Assembly: GCF_900095195.1 (NCBI RefSeq)
Contig: NZ_LT606950.1
Location: forward strand, 180,001-212,000
Origin: Polynucleobacter necessarius
GTDB taxonomy: Bacteria > Pseudomonadota > Gammaproteobacteria > Burkholderiales > Burkholderiaceae
Direction of reading: 5' to 3'
Length of the DNA: 32,000 nt
Position 1 is the stretch's first letter. The number at the start of each line of letters is the position of its first letter. Under the pieces are notes generated by a model. That model saw only the letters and a program-made list of their open reading frames with translations, ran no database searches and was not told where the DNA came from. The translations under genes were made by a program, and so were the position numbers. This document shows positions 19,860 through 27,447 of the stretch, piece after piece.

Positions 19860-20188
19860 ATGTTTTTTCATGGGTAATTTCTTTGCTTTTGGTTTGCTCA
19901 TCGAGCATTGTGTATTTAGAGCGCTTGACGACATTGCGTGCGATGGAATTACAAACAATTGAATAAATGCAAAAGCAATTTATCGCCGCAGAGAAATCCA
20001 TTCTGGAGTGTGAGCAAAATATCCACAAATTATCAGCTCTAGAAAACATTCCGTGTTTTATTCAGCCCACAGAAAATCATCACTGGCTCATTTCCAGTAA
20101 AGCAAAGCCCACACTTCAGGTACGCGTGTATGTCAATGAAAAAACGGGTGCTGTGACAACGTTAAATTGGCGCCAAGCTTTTGAATGA
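19860..20188 (+). pseudogene. PilX-like minor pilin remnant, T-run frameshift plus in-frame TAA
   Basis: ATG 19860 is followed by a T6 run (19863..19868). With T7 the frame would read MFFSWVISLLLVCSSSIVYLERLTTLRAMELQTIE*MQKQFIAAEKSILECEQNI.. This is a hydrophobic helix, then a spacer, then the AAE..L..E pattern of PilX N-terminal domains. The in-frame TAA is at 19964..19966. The track shows only 19967..20188. Confidence 0.4.
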
Positions 20189-20746
20189 GGTTATCGCTCA
20201 AGACAGTGGCGCGAGCTTATTGGAATTATTGGCGGTTGTTTTAATCGTAGCAATATCCGCAACAATCACCATGCCGCTATTGCAGCAACAAATTGCCGCT
20301 CGCGAAATAGATGCGATTGCAAGAAGATTTATTGCCCATGCTCATTTTGCTCGACAGCAAGCATTGCATTTGAGTGAGTCAGTCAAGCTTGAGCCCAGAT
20401 TGGAAGGTAATTGGAATGAGGGGTGGATTATTCAAGCCGGCTGCACTGAACGTCTTGGTCAATCTCATTGCATGCCAAAAATTTGGCTAGCCCATTCAAA
20501 ATTCGACCCGGTTTTTATCAAAGACGGCGCTAGGCACTTTATTGACCAGCATACCAAAAGAGTGGGTATTGTATTTAATGCGGCTGGCGCTGCTAAAACT
20601 GCTCATGGGGCTTTGTAGCCAATCGTCTTATCTTTGGTCATCAGCGTGCCTCAGATTTAGAGCAGCGCCTCATTTTGGGCAGTGGAGGGCGTTGGCGCAT
20701 CTGTGATCCTAAGAGGGATGTGAAGCGCTGCCATTGCATGGTTTAA
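20181..20746 (+). pseudogene. fimT: GspH/FimT-family pseudopilin, 1-nt frameshift near the 3' end
   Basis: ORF 20181..20618 begins (TTG)NEVIAQDSG|ASLLELLAVVLIVAISATITMPLL, a prepilin cleavage/methylation motif with E at +5. After the ORF stop the conserved C-terminus continues in phase 2: GFVANRLIFGHQRASDLEQRLILGSGGRWRICDPKRDVKRCHCMV, with the stop at 20744..20746. Confidence 0.65.
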
Positions 20747-20753
20747 TAGGCAC

Positions 20754-21868
20754 ATGTATACCGCTGTTGATCACCAATGGATGGGCGAGGCACTCGCTGA
20801 ATCCCAGAAAGCGTTGTATTTATCCAACCCCAACCCTCGGGTGGGCTGCGTCATTGTTCGAAATGGACAAGTTATCGGACGTGGGTTTACACAACCTGCT
20901 GGTGCGCCCCATGCTGGGTTCAAGCGCTTCATGACGTCCAAGCAAATGGTCAGGATCCAGCCGGGTCGACCATTTATGTCACCTTGGAGCCATGTAATCA
21001 CACAGGACGAACGCCTCCCTGCGTTGATGCATTAATTGCTGCTAAGCCAGCAAAAGTGATTGCTGTAATGGTTGACCCCAACCCCTTGGTTGCGGGTAAG
21101 GGTTTAGAAAGATTAAGAGCGGCAGGTATTGAGGTCCACGTCGGTTTATTGGAGTCAGAGGCTCAAGCATTAAATTGCGGCTTTATATCGAGGATGACCC
21201 GCGGTCTGCCATGGGTGCGCTTGAAAATTGCGGCTACTCTGGATGGAAAAACGGCTTTACCAAATGGCGAGAGTCAGTGGATTACTGGGTCATCAGCGAG
21301 AGCGGATGGCCACCATTGGCGTGCGCAAGCCTGTGCGATCGTCACGGGGGTTGGGACCGTTAAAGAAGATGATCCTATTCTCAATGTGCGTGATGTTGCT
21401 ATCCAGCGACAACCTTGGCGCATTATTGTGGATTCGAAACTAGAGACACCGATAACCGCAAAAATTCTGAGTAATCTCGATCAATCCGGCGTCACGATTG
21501 TGTGTGCGAATCTCGATAGCCCTGAACGTTTGCAAAAAGCAAAAGAATTCGAGGCAAAAGGTGTCGAGGTTATTGCATTCGAAAATGGCTCGGGAAAAGT
21601 TGATCTGTCAAAGCTCTTTGCCTATCTAGCTCAAGAACGTGAAATGAATGAAATCCATGTTGAGGCTGGCTTTAAGCTCAATGGCTCAATGCTCCGAGAG
21701 GGTTGTGTTGATGAGTTATTAATCTATTACGCCCCATTCTTTATGGGAGACGGCATTGGAATGGCCAATCTACCAACCTTAGAGTTTGTAAACGTCCGTG
21801 AGAGCTGGATGCTCACTGACCAGCAGATTATTGGCGAGGACTTGAGACTCAGATTAATTAGACGTTAA
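20754..21868 (+). pseudogene. ribD: bifunctional riboflavin deaminase/reductase RibD, 1-nt frameshift in the deaminase zinc-binding region
   Basis: ORF 20754..21035 (MGEALAESQKALYLSNPNPRVGCVIV..GFTQPAGAPHA) loses homology after 20916. Phase 2 continues VQALHDVQANGQDPAGSTIYVTLEPCNHTGRTPPCVDALI into ORF 20984..21868. The site CAT GCT GGG TTC appears to be the expected CAT GCT GAG GTT minus one base. Confidence 0.85.
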
Positions 21869-21886
21869 ACAAACTAAAATCACTTT

Positions 21887-22503
21887 ATGTTTACTGGAAT
21901 CATTACTGCTGTTGGTCAGATTAAGCGTGCAGAAGCCAAAGGCGATGGCTTGCATCTAATTGTTGAGGTGCCTCAGGATATTTAGATGATGTAGCCCTAG
22001 GAGATAGCATCGCTATTCAGGGTGCTTGCATGACTGCTACCAATTTTGAAGGCAATACGTTTGCTTTAGATATTTCGCGTGAGTCACTCAATAAAACGGT
22101 TGGTCTTGATAAAGTGGGGCCAGTCAATTTGGAAAAAGCACTGCGCTTGAATGATCGACTTGGCGGTCATTTGGTAAGTGGTCATGTGGATGGAATGGAC
22201 AAAGTAGTCCATTTTGCGCAAGTCGCTCAAGATGCCTATGGATCTTGGTTGTTGCGCATTGCCGCCCCTAAAAAGTTGGCTCCATTTTTGGCATACAAGG
22301 GATCGATTGTGGTTAATGGTGTCTCGCTGACCGTCAATCAAACTGAAGATAGTGCCGATTTTTGTGTTGTGGACATCAATTTAATACCACATACACTGCA
22401 CAGTACAACGTTGGGAAATTTGCAGTCAGGCGATGCTGTCAATCTAGAGGTTGATTTTATTGCGCGTTACGTAACGCGCATGCTTGAATCTCAAGCAAAG
22501 TAA
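21887..22503 (+). pseudogene. ribE: riboflavin synthase (alpha chain), 1-nt frameshift
   Basis: ATG 21887 gives MFTGIITAVGQIKRAEAKGDGLHLIVEVPQDI*. Phase -1 continues LDDVALGDSIAIQGACMTATNFEGNTFALDISRESL into ORF 22030..22503. The break is near 21980-21984 (GATATTTAG versus the expected GAT TAT TTA G). Confidence 0.85.
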
Positions 22504-22512
22504 AATCCACTT

Positions 22513-22801
22513 CATTTTCGTTTGGAAGCTTGGCGATAAACTTCATCGCGCTCTCTTTTGCCTACCGTAATAACAATAATGACTAGGCGATGATCAATGA
22601 CTTCGTAGACCAGTCTATAGCCGAGAGATCTAAGTTTAACTTTAAAAAGTTAGTCAATTCGCCGCTAAGTTTTGCTGAAACAACTCTGGGGCTAATGATG
22701 CGTTTTTCTAGCTGCTTTTTAAATTGCTCTCGTACGGAATTGTCTAATTTTTGCCATTCTTTAAGTGCAAGTACGTGAAACTCAACGCTAAATCTGGTCA
22801 A
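22513..22801 (-). pseudogene. relE: RelE/ParE-superfamily toxin, 1-nt frameshift
   Basis: ORF 22583..22801 reads (TTG)TRFSVEFHVLALKEWQKLDNSVREQFKKQLEKRIISPRVVSAKLSGELTNFLKLNL. It then shifts near 22630 to GYRLVYEVIDHRLVIIVITVGKRERDEVYRQASKRK, with the stop at 22513..22515. Together these form a canonical RelE fold pattern. Confidence 0.7.
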
Positions 22802-23039
22802 GTTTTACCTTGATAGTTTTGCCGCCTTTGCGCTCTTTAACTGTTTTGATGAGATAAGATATCTATGCGCTCAAGGAGAGTTTCATATGCTTTTGCTGAC
22901 AAGAGATAGGCTTCTGGTTTGTATGGTTTAAGACGGCAACCGGCAGATCCCCTGCTATCTCCATAATTTTGCTGGGATTTTTTCTTAAATCTGTCATGCT
23001 GACAGTGGTTTTTGCATGAATAGTTTGCGTGAGGCTCAT
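22788..23039 (-). pseudogene. Phd/YefM-type antitoxin, two frameshifts
   Basis: ATG 23039 gives MSLTQTIHAKTTVSMTDLRKNPSKIMEIAGDLPVAVLNHT. It shifts at the T3/A3 run 22919..22921 to PEAYLLSAKAYETLLERIDILS, then shifts again to IKTVKERKGGKTIKVKLDQI, with the stop at 22788..22790. The stop overlaps the relE start, as is typical of type II TA operons. Confidence 0.6.
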
Positions 23040-23094
23040 ATAAATTTGAGCATAATTTAGTGCATTATTATGGCTTTTTTTGTAGAAGTCAACC

Positions 23095-23120
23095 TTAAAA
23101 AATAAGGGCCTATAAGCCCT
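23095..23120 (-). terminator. possible weak Rho-independent terminator after the queC remnant
   Basis: The minus strand reads AGGGC-ttatag-GCCCT followed by TATTTTTT. The stem is short (5 bp), so confidence is modest. Confidence 0.35.
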
Positions 23121-23144
23121 CTATTCTGGTTAATTTATATTGGG

Positions 23145-23441
23145 TTATCGACGATAGCGCGTAGGATCGATCACATTGGCTTGTTTAAAGCCTGCTTGTC
23201 GTAGATTCACATTCTCCATAAGCTTCCCCAGCATCATTTGCTTGGCGATGTGTTTTGCTGCAGCCAATTCAGAGGAGTGGCGCTGACCATAGCCAACAGA
23301 GAGGGCATACGGTGTATAGCCAAAATCCTTTGCTAATGCCAAAACCGTAGTGGAATCCAGGCCGCCAGAAAATAGAATCACTGCGGGTGCACCCGCAGTG
23401 CGTGGCGCTATATTTTGAAAAGCCGCTGACAACTTGGACAT
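23145..23441 (-). pseudogene. queC: 7-cyano-7-deazaguanine synthase, 3'-truncated remnant (about 95 of about 230 codons)
   Basis: [49 protein letters not shown] is the QueC PP-loop N-terminus. The reading frame ends at 23145, and no zinc-binding C-terminal half follows in any frame. Confidence 0.7.
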
Positions 23442-23457
23442 GAAATGCGGCCAAGAA

Positions 23458-24189
23458 CTACTTGATTGCGGCAAGCAATTGTTGCGCGTCCTTAGCTGCC
23501 TCGGTATCGGGATACTTCACAACAATATCGCCGAAGGTTTTCTTGGCAGATGCTTTATTCCCACTTTCCAATTGCGAATTACCCAATGTCACCATCGCTG
23601 CAGGAACACGAAGATGATTCGGATATTTCTTAATCAGAGCTTGTAGTTGATTGATTGCACCTACGTAATCTTTGTTGGCATATTTACTGTTGCCACTCCA
23701 ATAGAGTGCCAGTGGTAAATAGGGGCTCTTAGGGTATTTGGTAGTAAATGCTGCAAAGCCATCCTCCGCCTTTTTTAAGTTCCCCGCCTGAAACACTTTT
23801 AATGCATCGTCATATGCTTTCTTCTCGCCAGGTTGGATGGTGCCGCTGACGCCTTCAATAGTGACGGCACGAGGCTCAAAATTACCCAGACGGGTATCCA
23901 AATCTTGGTAATACGTTTTTTGACTAGAAGAAATATCTTCGCCTTGCTTTTCAAGCTCCTCAACTTTGCCGCGCAGTTCTGCGTTTTCTGACTTCAGCTT
24001 GTCAATTCGGCTTTGGAGTTCAAGTTGCGTTGTAGCTAAGGATTTACGCAAATCCAAAATAGCCTTACGGGCCTCATCATCTGAGAAGAGTGCCCATGCG
24101 TTACTGGATGCGCCGATGCAAATGAGTGCGGCACTTAAACAAAACGCTCGTGAGAGCGTTTGTTTATAGGGGTTTAAAGAGAACTGCAT
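23458..24189 (-). CDS. cpoB: Tol-Pal system protein CpoB/YbgF
   Basis: Signal peptide, a coiled-coil N-terminal domain, and C-terminal TPR repeats ([30 protein letters not shown]). Located downstream of pal. Confidence 0.9.
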   Translation of the reverse strand: MQFSLNPYKQTLSRAFCLSAALICIGASSNAWALFSDDEARKAILDLRKSLATTQLELQSRIDKLKSENAELRGKVEELEKQGEDISSSQKTYYQDLDTRLGNFEPRAVTIEGVSGTIQPGEKKAYDDALKVFQAGNLKKAEDGFAAFTTKYPKSPYLPLALYWSGNSKYANKDYVGAINQLQALIKKYPNHLRVPAAMVTLGNSQLESGNKASAKKTFGDIVVKYPDTEAAKDAQQLLAAIK

Positions 24190-24693
24190 TTAGTTTGTGA
24201 TGTAAACAATATCAGCGCGACGGTTCTCTGCCCAAGCCACTTCGTTATCACCTTCTGCTTTTGGTTTTTCTTTACCAAAACTGACTGCTTCCATTTGCGC
24301 GTCAGAAACGCCCATCAAGTTCAATGATTTACGCACTGCATCGGAGCGACGTTGACCGAGGGCTAAGTTGTATTCAGCAGTACCGCGATCATCGGTATTG
24401 CCTTGAATAATGATCTTTTGTTTTGGATTTGCTTTTAAGTAGCTTGCATGAGCAGACAACATCTTTTGGTATTTCGTTTGGACGGTGTACTCATCAAAAC
24501 CAAAGTAAACACTTTTCTCAAACAGTGGGCTCTTTGGAGAATTCCATGGTTGTGAGCCGAAGCTTCCACTGCCACCGCTGCCGTTAGCGCCATCGGTGTC
24601 ATCTAATTTCACGCTGGAACAAGCAGCCATTAAAAATGCGGTTGCTCCAATAAGGGCAAATGTCGCTGCGCGGCGTGCGATCGAAACTGTCAT
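24190..24693 (-). CDS. pal: peptidoglycan-associated lipoprotein Pal
   Basis: Lipobox LMAAC|SS. OmpA-like domain: VYFGFDEYTV..IIIQGNTDDRGTAEYNLALGQRRSDAV. Confidence 0.95.
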   Translation of the reverse strand: MTVSIARRAATFALIGATAFLMAACSSVKLDDTDGANGSGGSGSFGSQPWNSPKSPLFEKSVYFGFDEYTVQTKYQKMLSAHASYLKANPKQKIIIQGNTDDRGTAEYNLALGQRRSDAVRKSLNLMGVSDAQMEAVSFGKEKPKAEGDNEVAWAENRRADIVYITN

Positions 24694-24815
24694 GATTTTC
24701 CTTTTCCTGCAAATTCAGTGGTGAAATTGAAACCTAAATGAGGGGCACAAACCCTTTAGCAATATTATGCCCTCAAGAGTGTCAAAAGTACCCATTTCAG
24801 TCATAAAAAAGGGAT

Positions 24816-26093
24816 TTAGTCCATAAATGGGCCCCAAGAGGGCTGACGCACATCCGGGCCGGGAATGCTCAGCACTTGCTTAGAGTTTCCATCGACAGAA
24901 ACGGCTGCAAGGACACGTTTACCACCCGCTTTGGTGGAGTAGAGGACGTAACGACCATTTGCGGCGAATGACGGGGATTCATCGCTTGTGCCATCCGTTA
25001 ATGCTTGGGCATCACCGGTAGCCAGATTGAGAATATAAAGGCGATAAGCTCCGCCAACGTTGGCAATGTACGCTAAATATTTACCATCGGGAGAAATTCT
25101 GGGTGATGTGACGAAGCCTTGTTTAAAGGTAATGCGCTTTGCGCCTTCCGCCTGCTCTCCATCAGCACTCATGCGATAAATTTGCGGGCTACCACCACGA
25201 TCACTCGTGAAATAAATATAGCGACCGTCCGGAGAGTATTGGGGTTCAGTATCAATGGTGCTGCCACGGGTCAGACGTTGTAACCCACTACCATCAGCAT
25301 TGATGCTGTAGATTTGGGTATTGCCATCTTTTGACAGGGACACCGCTAACTTTTTGCCATCGGGTGACCATGCGGGTGCGCTATTGTTCCCTTTCTGATT
25401 AGAAAGGGAAATGCGCCGACCCGTTGCCAACTCATGAACGTAGATCACAGGCTTGCGATCTTCAAAGGAGACATAAGCTACTTTCTTGCCATCGGGTGAC
25501 CATGAAGGCGAAATGATGGGTTCACCGCTATTCATCGCATTGCGAATATTTTGACCATCCGCATCTGAAATAACCAGGCGATATCGTTTGTCATCCTTGA
25601 TGACATAGGACAAGCGGGTAGAGAACACATCGCGCTCGCCAAGGAGTTTGTAAATAATGTCATCGGCAACTTTGTGCGCTGCTGCACGTAAATTATCGGC
25701 GCTCGAATTGATATTTAAGCCACCAAGGCTTTGTGATTTACGAATATCAAACAGCTTGTACCGAATTTCATATTGATCGTTACCCGTTTGCACTACAGAG
25801 CCCACTGCTAATGCATCTGCACCTCGCGCAGCCCAAGATTTGAGGTTTGGCGTACCATCATCCCCCTCAACGGCATTCCCATTCTCAGTATTTTTGAAGT
25901 AACCGCTACGCGCTAAATCTTGGCGAATAATTTCGGTGACGCCGATTGGAAGCTTGGTTTCGTCTTTGAAGCGCATCACAGCAATCGGATACAGAGATTG
26001 GCCCACACCGGTGATCTCAATATTCATCTGTGCAAATGCAGGGCTGGAAACACCTAAAGCAAGCGAGGTTAGCGCGACACCAATCCAGTGCAA
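24816..26093 (-). CDS. tolB: Tol-Pal system beta-propeller protein TolB (start region anomalous)
   Basis: 425-aa ORF with repeated SPDG(K/R) propeller motifs (SWSPDGKKVAYVS, AWSPDGKKLAV, QYSPDGRYIYF, RISPDGKYLAY). It can only open at TTG 26093, because the upstream ATGs are out of frame (see findings). Confidence 0.9.
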   Translation of the reverse strand: MHWIGVALTSLALGVSSPAFAQMNIEITGVGQSLYPIAVMRFKDETKLPIGVTEIIRQDLARSGYFKNTENGNAVEGDDGTPNLKSWAARGADALAVGSVVQTGNDQYEIRYKLFDIRKSQSLGGLNINSSADNLRAAAHKVADDIIYKLLGERDVFSTRLSYVIKDDKRYRLVISDADGQNIRNAMNSGEPIISPSWSPDGKKVAYVSFEDRKPVIYVHELATGRRISLSNQKGNNSAPAWSPDGKKLAVSLSKDGNTQIYSINADGSGLQRLTRGSTIDTEPQYSPDGRYIYFTSDRGGSPQIYRMSADGEQAEGAKRITFKQGFVTSPRISPDGKYLAYIANVGGAYRLYILNLATGDAQALTDGTSDESPSFAANGRYVLYSTKAGGKRVLAAVSVDGNSKQVLSIPGPDVRQPSWGPFMD

Positions 26094-26106
26094 TTGATAA
26101 ATTATT

Positions 26107-26136
26107 TTTTAGCAAACTGCATTTTAGCAAACTGCA
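26107..26136. repeat. 15-bp perfect tandem duplication (TTTTAGCAAACTGCA x2) spanning the presumed ancestral tolB start codon
   Basis: Read directly: 26107..26121 equals 26122..26136. On the minus strand each copy carries ATG..CAGTTTGCTAAA. Confidence 0.95.
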
Positions 26137-26143
26137 ACATGCT

Positions 26144-26968
26144 TTAGTCCTTTGGTTTAAAGGTCAATTTCACTTCTCGTTGAGGAATTTTGCCATTGTC
26201 ATCTTTGGGCAAACTTTCTGCACGAGACAGGGCTAACAATACAGCGCGATCCCAGTTTGGGTTGCCGCTTGAAGTGAGAACGCTCGTACTCAAGATGGCG
26301 CCATCTGGTGCCAGATTCACCTGAATCACCGCCGCAGGATTGCCGCTAACGGATTCGGGATTAAAGACGATCAATGGCTTTACCTTTTTGATCACTTTGT
26401 CGGTCCAGCCCGGAGGCGCATTACCGCCACCGCCAACACCGCTGCCAACGGTGCCGCCGCTACCGCCCTCGGCACCCGCAGCGGCACGTAGTCTTGCCAG
26501 CTGATTTGCGCGAACTTTTTCTGCGGCAGCATTCGCTTTGGTCTCAGCTGGAGACTGGGCTTTGGGGGTGTCCGCTTTCTTGGGCTCTTCCTTTTTTGGC
26601 TTTTCTTTTTCTTTTGGTGGTGGAGGTTTTGCCGATTTAGGAACCTCTACCTTCTTAGGTTCTTCTTTTTTTGGAGGTTCTTTTTCTACCATTTTCTTCT
26701 TAACGGCGATATCTGCTGCTTCCTCTTTCATTACCGTTTTAAGTTCTGGCTCGGGTTTGATATCTACTTGAGGGGCAGAATCCCACAACTCCACTTCAAC
26801 CCCAGACGGGGTTGAGTTATTCCAACTGATTCCAATCACTAGAAAAACAAGCAAACCGAAATGGGCAATGAGTGAATACGTAAATGCACGTTTTGTGCTC
26901 TCTTCCTTTGAAGGTCTACCGCGCTGAAATGGGGAAAGAGGTGATGAATAAGTTGATGCGCTATTCAT
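26144..26968 (-). CDS. tolA: cell envelope integrity protein TolA
   Basis: N-terminal TM anchor (LIAHFGLLVFLVIGISW), a long Lys/Pro/Glu-rich domain II, and a C-terminal TonB-C-like domain. Located between tolR and tolB. Confidence 0.85.
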   Translation of the reverse strand: MNSASTYSSPLSPFQRGRPSKEESTKRAFTYSLIAHFGLLVFLVIGISWNNSTPSGVEVELWDSAPQVDIKPEPELKTVMKEEAADIAVKKKMVEKEPPKKEEPKKVEVPKSAKPPPPKEKEKPKKEEPKKADTPKAQSPAETKANAAAEKVRANQLARLRAAAGAEGGSGGTVGSGVGGGGNAPPGWTDKVIKKVKPLIVFNPESVSGNPAAVIQVNLAPDGAILSTSVLTSSGNPNWDRAVLLALSRAESLPKDDNGKIPQREVKLTFKPKD

Positions 26969-27016
26969 AAGTAACTATCGACGTGATCAACCATTTTGTT
27001 TTTGGATATGAAACGC

Positions 27017-27436
27017 TTATTGACTCTTGACTGCGAGTCCTACGCGCTTCACACCATTCTCTTTGAGTTTGGACATCACATTCATTACCGTTTCGTATTT
27101 GATGGATTTATCAGCTGCCAGAACGACGGGTTGGTCAGCAGACTTTTCTGCTTGCGCCCTGGCAAATGCTCCCAGCTCAAATGGGTTCAGGGTTTGAACA
27201 GGTTCACCCTCTTTACGAACGATGACATTTTCATTGGCATCAATTGTTAAAAAGACTGGCGGGAGTGATTGCACCTTGGCACCCACAACCGTGGGCAGAT
27301 TGACTACACCAGGGTTGACCATTGGTGCGGTGACCATAAATATCACCAGCAACACCAACATTACGTCGATGTAGGGAACCACGTTGATGTCGGCCATTGC
27401 CCGACGTTTTGATTTTCGTAAAGTAGATCCAGCCAT
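27017..27436 (-). CDS. tolR: Tol-Pal system protein TolR (ExbD family)
   Basis: ADINVVPYIDVMLVLLVIFMVTAPM signature. 139 aa. Confidence 0.9.
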   Translation of the reverse strand: MAGSTLRKSKRRAMADINVVPYIDVMLVLLVIFMVTAPMVNPGVVNLPTVVGAKVQSLPPVFLTIDANENVIVRKEGEPVQTLNPFELGAFARAQAEKSADQPVVLAADKSIKYETVMNVMSKLKENGVKRVGLAVKSQ

Positions 27437-27447
27437 AACGTTTGCGC

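Noticed and set aside
19189-19962. The 257-aa ORF as a genuine novel protein, the largest unexplained ORF in the window.
   Set aside because: It has no recognisable domain. Its start lacks a leader context. Three prepilin-type N-termini with Shine-Dalgarno sequences sit in the alternative frames along it. Its C-terminal part overlaps a PilX-like helix in another frame. It is more parsimoniously a chance-open frame across decayed pseudopilin genes. This is not fully excluded, and conservation in relatives would revive it.
20900-21990. Programmed ribosomal frameshifting at the ribD and ribE breaks.
   Set aside because: There is no X XXY YYZ slippery heptamer or obvious downstream structure at either site (CATGCTGGGTTCAAG and CAGGATATTTAGATG). 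The same kind of break occurs in unrelated genes across the window.
16562-23120. A possible shared hairpin family (REP-like) among GCCCTAATATTAGGGC (367), AGCCCTATAAG..CTTATAGGGCT (16561..16588) and AGGGCCTATAAGCCCT (23105..23120).
   Set aside because: There are only three short copies. They share just a GCCCTA/TAGGGC-type core and differ in arm length and loop. Two are adequately explained as terminators. This is insufficient to call a repeat family from one window.
26530-26720. Repetitive Lys/Pro/Glu-coding stretch (KKEEPKK..KEKEKPKKEEPKK) considered as a possible tandem repeat element.
   Set aside because: It is the normal low-complexity domain II of TolA, and there is no exact nucleotide periodicity.
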